From Mobula hypostoma (taxonomy: Eukaryota), in NCBI RefSeq assembly GCF_963921235.1, contig NC_086118.1, positions 16,990,001-17,054,000 of the forward strand: 64,000 nt of DNA, given 5' to 3'. The notes under the pieces were generated by a model. The model did no database searches. It was not told where the DNA came from and saw only the letters and a list, made by a program, of their open reading frames with translations. The position numbers and the translations under genes were made by a program. Positions 13,433 through 24,359 of the stretch are shown here, piece by piece. Every line of letters begins with the position of its first letter. Within the stretch, counting starts at the first letter, position 1.

Positions 13433-14834
13433 TTGTTACTTGTTACATACACCTGTTAGGGTGCATTCTCCAGTTACCTTATAAGGTAACTGTAGCTTTC
13501 AGCCAGGAGCAGATGTCATCAGGTGGTTCCCAATCTTCACGGAGTGTTTCGACCCTGAACCACGACACTCTCCAGTTGGTGGGCCGGCAGTGGTGGCCAA
13601 ATCACTGCCCATCTGCTCCTGGCTTCCGGCTTCCCTCCTCTCGCCTACTCCAAATCCAACAAGAGGCTCGTTCTGCCTCTTCCCTCATCCTACGAGCTGC
13701 TTGTTTTTTGCTCCTTTCGTCCAGACCCAGATCTGATGACAACCGCCATGCTGATTTGGCTGGGAAACCTCTGCAGCCGATCTCCACAGGGAACAACCAT
13801 GCCATGTCTTGTCTTTACACTCCTGCACTAAGGGCTGGTACTTCAAGGCCTTTCTCTCGTGGGCCTCTTCCCATCCCTCCTCCCACGGCACAGTCAGCTC
13901 AACCAGAATTATTTTCTTGTCTTCGGTTGACAACAGTACAATGTCTGGGCGTAGGGTTGTGTGCACCACATCCGGGAACTGCAACCTCCTTCCCACATCG
14001 ACCCTCATCTCCCAGGACCTGGCCGTTAGCAGCAGATTGGGCTTTGGTTGTTTGGTTACGAAAGGCCTAGCTCCCTCTTTGATGAAGGTGATGGCCTTCC
14101 TCAAATCTGTGCCGGCCGTCCTCTTCTTGCATCACTCCCGCTCTAGTGTGTCAGCAAGAGCCAGAAGCACCTTATCATGGCACCACTTATACTGCCCTTG
14201 AGTTAGAGCTGTTTTACACCCGGACAGTATATGAGTCAGTGACCCCTTTTGACCACAGAGCTTACAGTTCAGGTCCTCTCTCACCCCCCATGTGTACAGA
14301 TGTAATGGTGAAGGAAGGGTGTCATACACGGATCGCAAGAGGAAGGAAATACGGAAGGGCTCCAGTCTCCATAACTCTGCCCATGAGATCTTACGCTTAG
14401 GCAGATCCCATTTTGTCCAGGCACCCTGGGACCCTTGTTCCACTGCCTTTGAAATCCACTTCTCTTCCTCACGGATCCATACTTCTGCCTGTATCATGTC
14501 TCCCCTGTTCCTTATGCTTGTGTTTCCCCACTTCTGGAAGTGAACTGAGCCGAGGCCTCACCGCCCGACGCAGGGGTTGCCGATGATATCTCGCATCTTC
14601 AGAGAACACACCGCTTCCTCCACGGCCGCGTTGGCTGCCTACTTGCGCCCAGATCTGGTTGTAACGCCTGCTTGCTTTACCAGGACATTAAGCTTGAGAG
14701 ACTCCAATGATAAGGCTCTACATTTTGCCACCTTGAGTTCCTCCACAACAGATGACAGGTGAAGCTGCAGTTGCCCAGAACGACTGCAGAGGCCCACTGA
14801 AGAGAAGCTTGGGGGATCTCCCAACCATCTCCGC
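13433..14834 (-). mobile_element. HERO-clade (R2-group, restriction-like endonuclease) non-LTR retrotransposon, 5'-truncated
   Basis: Frameshifted ORF pieces give SQGAWTKW, RSVYDTLPSP, the CCHC knuckle CKLC...HILSGC, WCHDKVL (RHD-type motif), the nuclease core RPDIVLL...VELTVPWEE...KALKY, and PVEIGCRGF. Stop at 13602-13604, about 170-nt 3' UTR, (GTAACAA)2 tail. Confidence 0.88.
13510..13570 (-). ncRNA. Candidate non-circularly permuted hammerhead-like ribozyme in the HERO 3' UTR
   Basis: Minus strand: GAGUG-UC / GUGGUUC / AGGGUC-GAAA-CACUC / 12 nt / GAACCAC-CUGAUGA-CAUCUG. Stems I (7 bp) and III (5 bp plus the core A-U) are perfect; stem II is imperfect. Confidence 0.6.
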
Positions 14835-15056
14835 AATTAGAGGCCAGTTAGCCTGACTTCAGTCATTAGGAAAATGTAGGAATTCATTATTAAGGTTGAG
14901 GTTTCGGGGTACTTGGAGGCACATGCTAACTAGGCCATAGTCAGCACGATTTCCTTAAGGAGAAATCTTGCCTGACAAATCAGTTGGAATTCTTTGAGAA
15001 AATAACAGACAGACAGACAATGATAGTTGGTGAGTAATAAACAGTCAGACAATTCA

Positions 15057-15571
15057 GCCAACACACACAAAATGCTGATGGAACGCAGCAAGCCAGACAG
15101 CATCTGTAGGAAGAAGAACAGCTGACGTTTCGGGTCGAGACCCTTTGTCAGGACTAACTGAAAAAAGTGATAGTAAGAGATTTGAAAGTGGGAGGGGGAG
15201 GGGGAGACCTAAAATGATAGGAGAGGACAGGAGGGGGAGGGATGAAGCCAAGAGCTGGGAAGTTGATCGGCAAAAGGGATACAAGGCTAGAGAAGGAAGA
15301 GGATCATAGGACAGAAGGCCTAGGAAGAAAGAAAGGGGGAGGGGAGCACCAGAGGAAGATGGAGAACAGGCAAGGAGTTATTGTGAGAGGGAAGGAGAGA
15401 GAAAAAAAATTAGGGATGGGGCAAGAAGGGGAGAAGGGGCATTAACGAAAGTTAGAAAAATCAGTGTTCATGCCATCAGGTTGGAGGCTACCCAGACGGA
15501 ATATAAAGTGTTGTTCCTCCAACCTGAGTGTGGTTTCATCTCGACAGTAGAGGAAGCCATGGATTGACATA
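15057..15571 (-). mobile_element. Penelope-like element 3' fragment (end of GIY-YIG domain, purine-rich tract, hammerhead with mutated core CUGACAA)
   Basis: Colinear with 42930-43470; minus strand encodes RLEEQHFIFRLGSLQPDGMN. Confidence 0.88.
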
Positions 15572-17434
15572 TGAGAACTGTTTTGCTCTCTATGGTTTCA
15601 AGTATTCAGGATTCGAGATGCAGAAATGGGCGGGAGTGAAAATGAAAGGATTTTACTACTTCAAGTTAGGTACTACAAAGAATTTTAAGGTATCAACAAT
15701 CATCCTGAATGTTACACTAAAAATTAAGATTTGGAGGATGCAATCATTGAAAGGATTGTATGAAGGCAGTCTGTTATCCACACTGGTCTCAATGTGCCTT
15801 AATTAACCAAAATCCACTGTAAATGTTCAAAGGTGACAATGATTTTAAAATACAGAACTATCAAACCAGTCAGTTCTAGAACTTTTATGAAAGTAAGAGG
15901 GTAAATTCTAGAACTCTTATGAATAGGCTGATTGATTATTTTCACACTTCTTAAGACCAAAAATAATATTGTGTGACATTCACCAAATTAGTTTTCTTTT
16001 GATGGCAGCAATATACAGTTATCACCAATCATTAGTTTCTCTGTGTCGTTGATAGTGAAATTTCACATTCAATTGCAACTATGCTTAAGGCAGAATGTAA
16101 CCTGGGTCCGTAGCTTCTTTCAACCTACACAGCAATGCAAACTTCACAAGAATCTTTTGCCCAATCATGGGTTTTTCCTGTTTTGGGTCCAATTCTTAAA
16201 ATTCTTGGAAGCAATAACAACCGAATCACTCCCACCATCATCTTAAGAAGACTAACACTTTGAGGCTGAAGTTCCTTATTGATTCTATTGATCCATTGTA
16301 GAATGGATTCCCATTGGAATCTAACCATCAGTTTCAACTACAGTGGGAAGTAGTATACCTGATCTTGTAAGGAGCAGTATCCTTGACTTCCCTTACATAT
16401 CAGTAATTTTAACTGAAATCTTAAACTTGGAAGCATCATTGCCCTATGCCCAAGAGAACACTCAAGACAAGTGGGAGGAAAAATGCCAGCTTCAAGGAAA
16501 GCAGAAATGGGTACCGTGGCAAATGATAGACTCTGTTGGAAGGGGCACGGAATGAAAACTTCCAAAATGATAAATTCTTTAACATTAATATTGACATCTT
16601 TGTGTAGGAGTATGTATGAGGTACAGAATGAGTTCAAGTCACCATGTTACTTTATACTAGTGCCTTTTAATTATTACCTGAGCCACTATTTTGTTGATTA
16701 GTTTACTAAATAATTATCTTAACCACAGTGTAGACCTTCAAATTGAAACTGTTGGAATAAATTGGCTTATTTTGTACACACAGTTAGGCGAAGCATCAAG
16801 TTGAAGGCTTTCCATTTACCTCTTTCTCATAGGTACAGTACTTACTAATCTTTGTCGCCAGGTATTGGGTCACTGCTTCTAGCCAATATATTGAAAGAAC
16901 AAATTAATACAAGAATTTTTTTTCAGTAAAAGGGTGATCTTCCTATTCTGTGAAAATTCATTTTTATTTTAATATCTAACAGCTTTAACTTGTAAACATA
17001 TTCAAAATGGATAAATGTGGTAATAAGTAATATTCATGTGTGCTTGTGACTGGTTGAATTGAGATCTTTATAGCTCACTGGCATGAACCAGATGTGTCTC
17101 AAGGGAAAGTCTCATGCTAAGACTAATACCAAATAGTGAATACCCACCAACATGTCCCACTAAAGGAGCAACCATTTTAACCTTTTTCCTAGCACTGGCA
17201 AATCCATTACCCTCGCTGAATGCCTACACTTTCTTCAAGAGTTTCACATATAGGTGATGTCCATTTAAAAATAATTATTTTTAATTAAAAAAAAATATTT
17301 TTGGCAACTTTTTCCACATAAAATGAATGAAATAAAGTATCCAGAGTTACACAAAAAACAGAAATAAGCACAGAATCCAAAAGCAAAGTATTGCAGATGC
17401 AAGAAACTTTGATCAAAATATATTTTAAAAAGTT

Positions 17435-17682
17435 ATTGAGATACAGCGTGGAATAGACCCTTCTGGCCCTTCAAGCCACGCCACCCAGCAATCCCCCTAA
17501 TCATTGGGCGATTTACAATGACCAATTAACCTACCAATCAGTACGTCTTTGGATTGTGGGAGAAAGCTGGAGCATGCAGAGGAAACCCTTGCCGTCATGG
17601 GGAGAATGTACAAACTCCTTACAGGTAGCGGCAGGTCGCCTACACTGTTAAGCACTGGCCTAACCACTACGCTACCGTGCAA
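17435..17682 (-). mobile_element. tRNA-derived SINE fragment
   Basis: Minus strand starts gcacggtagcgtagtggtta (A-box-like); body is shared with 30045-30290 and 46490-46720. Confidence 0.7.
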
Positions 17683-18064
17683 TGCCTTCAACATTGCTCT
17701 TAAATTACTCACTTAAATAATAATCTTGTGTTTGTTTAAGTAGCTTATTTTCTTTTACAAATTGCTGCTAATGATACAAAAGCTCCAAGAAACAGGCGCC
17801 CTAAGAAATTGAATGATGGAGTTCGACATTTTCACATGTGGTATGATTTACTTTCAATGTAAAAAGATTATGGATTTACTGTGAGTTGCATTAAGCTTAA
17901 TGGTGGTAACTTGTCCATTTGTGTGGCCTTACGGATAAATTTTGTATGTAGTAATTGGCAAATGATTTATGATTGCTACATGTACAGAGATACTGTGAAA
18001 AGCTTTGTTTTTGGTGTGCCAACCAGAAAGTTCATTCCACATGTAAATACACCAAGGTCGTTTA

Positions 18065-18152
18065 CAGGGGTCCCAAACTATTTTATGCCATGGAACAATG
18101 CCATTGAGCAAGGGGTCCACTGACCTCCCCCACCCCCCATTGGGAACCCCTG
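18065..18152. mobile_element. Small hAT-type MITE
   Basis: Ends CAGGGGTCCCAAAC and TTGGGAACCCCTG resemble the TIRs of 24599-25755. No clear TSD. Confidence 0.55.
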
Positions 18153-19257
18153 TATGAAAGGGAAAACAATAACAGAATGCAGAATATAGGTTTATAGTTA
18201 CAGAAAAAGTGCAGTGTGGGGAGACAATTAAGATGCAAGGGCAAAGATGAGGAAGGTTGAGGGATTACGAGTTCATAGTCAGCATCTGTGAAATCTGGAA
18301 TTTTCAGGCAGATTGAAACAGTAGTAAAGGCACCATGAAATGTTTCAATCTGTTGCCTTCCATTAAAGTTTAGCTGTAGATTTGTATGTATCAGAATATT
18401 CTCACATTAGGGAAGCTCATTTGATTCTGAGGTGGTACACGTATTACTGGATGTATCACAATTTGTACAGGAATTTGGGGAGGTTTAATTACTGACACTA
18501 ACTTCAGGGTTTATCACATGGTAAAATACCAAAAATGTTATCAGTATTGTCATGATAGTATACTCTAACAAGTTAACCATCACTACTTCCGCAAGATCTG
18601 GCACTTATATAAGTAAAGAATTAAATAAAGCAGTGACAAATTCCATTATTTCAACATATTGTATTCAGATAGTGTGGCTGAATTTATTCACTGTGTTAAA
18701 ACAAAATCTCAAGTTATCAACATATGTAAAACTGTGCTAGATGTAAGTCTGTATTTGGGTTAATTCCTCTCTGGAGAAAAGTTATTTCATCTTTTTAGTT
18801 GTAAACATTTGAAAAAAATTTTCACATAGAGAGTCACCATTGAGATTATAGTGTCTCATTTTTCATTCCTACTGTAGCTGCTTTGGTCATGTGCTCAGGA
18901 CTCTCTTTGGTAGCTGCATCTTCCAGATTTTTAAATGTTATAATTCCATGGCTATATGCTTGCTATATTCAGCTGCGTGAGATAACATCATACAAAAGAC
19001 TAAGGATTATTGTCTTTCTACAGGTTGACACTCAATATCAGAATCAGCTTTATTATCACTTCCATACATTCTGAAATTTGTTGTTTTGCAACAGCAGTAC
19101 AGTGTAGTACATAGCAATTAATGTGAATTTTTAAAAAAGTACTGTGCAAAAGTCTTGGGCACATAGATACATCTTGGATGTCTAAGACTTTTGCACAATA
19201 CCGTTGTAATTTTATGCATTACTCTGTACCACTGCGATAAAAAAATTACATGACATA

Positions 19258-20864
19258 CAGTGCCTTGACAAAGTATTCAGCCCCCAGCGCTTTGTTCACA
19301 TAAATGAGTATTACAACCAGGAATTTTGACAAATTTAACTGAGAATTTTTACTTGTGAATCATATGCTCCTTCTTTCCCACAGTACAGTCTTAAAAAAAG
19401 GGAAAGTTGTAAAACATGAAAATCTAAAAATTTAAAAACTGAAATGTCAGCAGTTCAAAAGTGTTTATCCCTCTTTGCTCAGTATTTTGTTGAAACAGCT
19501 CTCACAGCTATTACAGCCAGTAGTCTTTTTTGGATAAATCCCTGCACAATGTGACGGAGCAAGATTTGCCCATTGCTCCTTGCTAAATTGCTCAAGCTGC
19601 ACCAGTTTAGTTGGGGGGCGGGAGGTCAGTGGACAGCCACCTTGAGATCTTCCCAGAGATGTTTGATTGGATTAAGGCCAGGACTCTGAGTGAACCACTC
19701 AGGACATATATTTACTTCATTTGAAGCCACTCCATTGTTGCTCTGGCAGTGTGCTTTTAGTTGTTGTCCTGCTGAAAGTTGAACTTCCTCCCCAGTTTAA
19801 GCTTTCTGGCAGAGGCGAACCGGCTTTTATCCAAGATCTCTCTATATTTTGCAGCATCCATCGTCTCATCAATCCCGCCAGATTTCCAGTACTTGCTGCT
19901 GAAAAGCATCCCCAGAGCATGATGCTACCTCCACCAAACTTTACAGTACGGATGGTGTTACCTGGCTGATGGACAGTATTAGATTTATGCCACAAGCACT
20001 GCTTATTGTTGAGGCCAAGAAGTTCCACTTCAGTCTCATTCAACCACAAGGCCTTCTTCCACAATATTACAGTATCTCCTAAGTGATGCTATACTTTGTA
20101 AAGTCTTTACGGACAAGCATATGCTATTTTTTGGCCAGGGCTTCTTCCTTACTTTTCGATAAATACCCTTTTTGTGCAAGGCCTTTGAGATTGTGGAGCC
20201 ATGAACTTCATCTCCAGTTGTAGCCACTGTGACAGTTGGCATCACAGTAGCCTCTCTTACAAGTGGCATTCTTCTCCAGCAAATAAATTTGGTGGGCAGC
20301 CTGACTAAGGCAGTGTAGCTGTAGTTTCATATTTTTTCCACTTTTTCATGATGGACTGGACTAGCTCCAAAGTTGTTCAGTCCCCTTGAATTGATCTTGA
20401 ACCCTTCCCCAGATTTGTGCTTCTCTATTATCATTTCCCTGACTTGTTTTGAATGCACTCTTGTTTTCATTTGATTGGACCTATTGAAAATTGACAGTAT
20501 GTTGGAGCTTACAGAGAGAGGGGGTAGTTATTCTTAAGAATTTATTGATAAAAGGTGATTCTCCAATTTTCTACAGCAACATTTTGGATAAGTTAGTAAG
20601 TTAATATATTGCATCTGATGAAAGTTAGCATAGTAATTACAAAGGGGATGAATACTTTTTCAGCCTCAACATTTTTTTTTAATTTCATAGTTTGTTGACA
20701 GGTTTTGGAATTTTTATTTTGATTTGACAAGGATGCACAATGTTTTGTAGATTAACTCAAAAATCCTACTTCAATATATTTTAAATGTAGAAAATGAGAT
20801 GGTAAAATCTGACAATAATTGTGGGGTGGAGGGGTGGGGTGCTGAATACCTTTTCAAGGCACTG
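19258..20864 (-). mobile_element. Tc1-family DNA transposon with IR/DR-type ends and a decayed transposase (about 19479-20470)
   Basis: TIRs CAGTGCCTTGACAAAGTATTCAGC and GCTGAATACCTTTTCAAGGCACTG; TA on the left. Transposase remnants MKTRVHSKQVREMIIEKHKSGEG, STISKALHKKG, WKKALW..ET, TVKFGGGSIMLWGCFSA. Confidence 0.93.
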
Positions 20865-22883
20865 TTATGTGAGTGATGATAAACCTGATTCTGATATGGG
20901 TCTTCAGTTGACAAAAGGGGAAGGGAGAGAGAAGGGAATGGGAAGCATCAGAGAGACATTCTGTAATGACCAGTAAACCAATTGTTTGGAATCAAATGAC
21001 CTAGACTGCAATGTTCCCTCTAATTTGTAATGACCAGTGTATGCAAGTATCTTGTGCTGTCCAATTTTTTGCCCAGTGACAACTAGTGAGCACTGAGTAA
21101 TTTCTTCATTAAAAACAGTATAAATAAGCCAATTCTAAAATCTGCAGACAAATCATTGCAAACTCCACTTTGTCTACACCGTCCCCAGCAGAAACCAGTG
21201 AAGGAGATATACTTAACATGCCAATGAGGTAGAAGGCGACAACCCTTTGTACGGAGTTTAAATTCCTTTGTGTGCTAGGAGTAAAAGATATGTGCGCGAG
21301 CACACCTTAGAGGAAACTTTGCTTGCCTGGTGTCTCAGAGCTGGGTATGCATGCACCCCTGCCACCCTCCAACCCTGGCACTCCTTTTATACCACCTGTC
21401 CCACACCCCTCCTGCGGCATTCCACCCTCGCCATTCCCAACATCCTTTGCTCTTGCCAGATTTACAAACTCGCTCTATTTACATATAAACAGGTAGTGCA
21501 CAAAAAGTGCAAAATAGTGACGGAGTATCCCTGGGTTCATTGACCGTTCAGAAATCTGATGACAGATGGGAAGGAACTGTTCCTAAACTGCTTTCTGCCA
21601 TTTGCTTTGCATAAGCAACAAAATAAAATTCATTCAACTATACATATCATTAGTTCAAACTACCAAATCCTACTTTACCACTTCATAAAGATACTAAATA
21701 AATTCAACATTAAGACTGATGTAATTGTGGATATTGTTGAGATCAAGTGTTGTGGATTTAGTGCAGGAAATTGCCTCTGATTGGCATGATTCCTTGTGGC
21801 TGATGGGAATGGGATGGAGAAACCAACACAATGGGTGTATTACCTAAGAGCAATAACAATCAGACTCCACAGCCTAGGACCTGCTGAGACAGACAATTAA
21901 TATTCAGCATATACTGCATGTCTAGCTCCACCTGCATTAATGATCTAAGTGTATGGATGCTCCTGACTTATCTTTGCAGTTAGCTTATCTTTCAATCTGA
22001 ATGATACAGTCAATAAGTAATATACCCATAAAAGCTGAACTGCCTTTCAAACGTTTGCAAGCATATTTACTGGTAAGTGATAGATGCCGAAAATAATGCT
22101 GACATTTGGAGATGTAGGTAGCCTTTTGAAAAATCCATGATTTAGAAATTCACTCTCATAAATCTGTTGTATTCAGCGTGCCAGGATGACACAGTCGTGC
22201 AGTGGTTAGCACAACGCTATTTCAGTGCTAGTGAACTGGGCTCAATTCCACCGCTGACTGCGTGGGTTTTCTGTGAGTGCTCCGGTTTCCTCCCATATTC
22301 TAAAGATGTATAGGTCAGTCGGTTATTTGGCCATATGGTTTAATTAGGCAGCATGGGCTCATTGGAGTAGAAGGGCCTGGTACCACGCTGTATCTTTAAA
22401 TAAAATAATATTGAGTCATTGGGTATTTCAAGATAGATATAGAGCTTGCTAAATGAGTGCAGCTAATAGGAGAAACCTTTTCAAGAAATGCTTCGCTACT
22501 TTGTAAAACGAACATATTGCTTAAAATCTACACACACCTATTAACAAGTCTAATACAGCTTCTTGCAGTTCAGCCAGGCACTAGAAGTAACAGGAAACAT
22601 TTTTAAATGAGTTTCGTTCCTGTTCAATCATGTAAATAGGAGATCAGATTTTAAGACACAATCCCTTTGGAGATACTTGCTAAAAGTGAGAAATAAGATT
22701 CTAAGTTTAATGTTTCTCCATTAAACAACATCATGTAATTTCCAAATGGAGATCTGGCACAATTAAAGGGAACATTTATATCAAACCCCAGGTGAAGCAC
22801 AATTGTTAACTGTATTTAAAGATTAAATAATTTTGCTTCAGCGATTCTAATTAGGATTCATTAAAAAAATGAAGTTTGCTTAC

Positions 22884-23058
22884 CTCTTAACATGTTTTTG
22901 CTAGATTCTAGATCACTGAACATTAGTCCAGCAAGAGAAGGACGAAGACGACACAAAATGCCAAAGTAATCTTGCATGATATTTGACTGTTCCAGCTGAC
23001 AGACGGGATTTAACAGGGCCTCCACTGACAGATGCAAGTACATGCTCTTTAAAATGGA
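22884..23058 (-). other. Possible coding exon of an unidentified gene
   Basis: Acceptor cttttgttgtgtctatcag, donor GAG|gtaagc, open frame SILKSMYLHLSVEALLNPVCQLEQSNIMQDYFGILCRLRPSLAGLMFSDLESSKNMLR. No protein family recognised. Confidence 0.25.
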
Positions 23059-23719
23059 CTGATAGACACAACAAAAGTGAAAATGTGTTGACCAAATGAA
23101 AAAATGTTACCTTCTGAGACATTTTTTCTGTAAAATTTCAAACTTGCAAAGGTTAGTACACACAATAATATTCTTTACCACTTCAAGCCAATATATTAAA
23201 CACATGATGCTGAATTTTATTACATATCAACTGAGAAACGTTCTCAGTTTTGACTTTGTGGTGAATTTATGACTGACCATGTCTTTGTTGCTACATACTT
23301 GCATCCAACACTTTAGCACAAAACACATGATTTTTTACATTTCAAACTGCAAATTATGTTCCTTGAGTAATACTTTAAATACATTGATTTATCCTGAATT
23401 ATTAATCAAGATGATTTCTCATACTGACCCAGGTTCTTACCAGAGAAAAGCAAAAAGAATAAAGATCATCAGAAATCATTGGCTTAAAATCAAATGATAG
23501 CAGATACTCAAAGTATGAAGTAAACACATAAAATGCTCAAAAAATGAAGACCATTCATCAAAAATGGTTCTACTCAGTGATGCACTTTGATCCAGGTAAT
23601 TTTGCCTTAGCTATCAACATCTTTCTCTTTTGCCTAATATTTACAATGCTGTATTTTAATTAGATAAGATCCTAAAGCTAAATCAAGCACAATAAAATCA
23701 CAACCAGTCTGATTGTAAC

Positions 23720-24110
23720 CTTGACTGAGCATAACTTTTCACCACCCTTCTTCATCAAAAATCTTCCTGCCTCTGCATGCAAAAATATTCATGGACTCTG
23801 CTTCTACTACCCTTGGTGAACGAGTCACTCAGAAAAATAACATGCCTCATCCTGGTTTGATATGGATGAACTATCTAGGTTTGCCCTTTGCCCACAAGAA
23901 GGAATATCCCCTTCATGTTCACCCTGTCAAGGATCCAGAGGATGGAGCAGATTTCAATCAAATCCTCCCTCACTCTTACAAACTCCAGCCAATCCAAGCT
24001 TTCCTCAGACAACCTGCAGATTCCCTGCATCTGCCCAGAAAATCTTCTCTGAACTGCTTCTAAGACATTAACATCCTTCCTGAAGGAACAAGGAAAGTGG
24101 TCAGACATAC
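23720..24110 (-). mobile_element. Old CR1 LINE 3' fragment
   Basis: ORF 23875-24108 reads RKDVNVLEAVQRRF...REDLIE, typical of the CR1 ORF2 C-terminus. Confidence 0.75.
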
Positions 24111-24359
24111 TGAGTTATGAAGTTGGGTGCACTTTGCTAGCACAATTGTAGTGTCTGACTTGGACTGAAAAGGTATTTTTTACTTTGAAATCAGTGTTAA
24201 AAATTATGATTTAAAGCATATTTTCTCTGGGGGCACCGGAGAAACCCATGGGGAAGACATACAGACTTCTTACAGATTATGTCAGAATTGAACTCTCAAC
24301 TCTGTGCCAAGAGCTGTACTAGTGTCACACAAATCAACACACTACCATAGAGCCCTTTG

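Larger units (their letters stand above)
9060..15035 (+). mobile_element. CR1 LINE (ORF1 zinc finger/esterase-like, ORF2 APE and N-terminal RT); decayed, interrupted by two insertions, 3'-truncated
   Basis: ORF1 remnants (CEMWE...CTK; IGDSIVRG near 9757), APE motifs LKVLYLNACSI and YDVLGITE (10450-10560), RT motifs KSPGPD, DWKIANVTALFKKG, RPVSLTS and SCLTNQLEFFE. Boundaries are approximate. Confidence 0.88.

Noticed and set aside
13327..14070. 247-aa plus-strand ORF
   Set aside because: It consists of CR1 RT codons running into the antisense strand of the HERO insertion.
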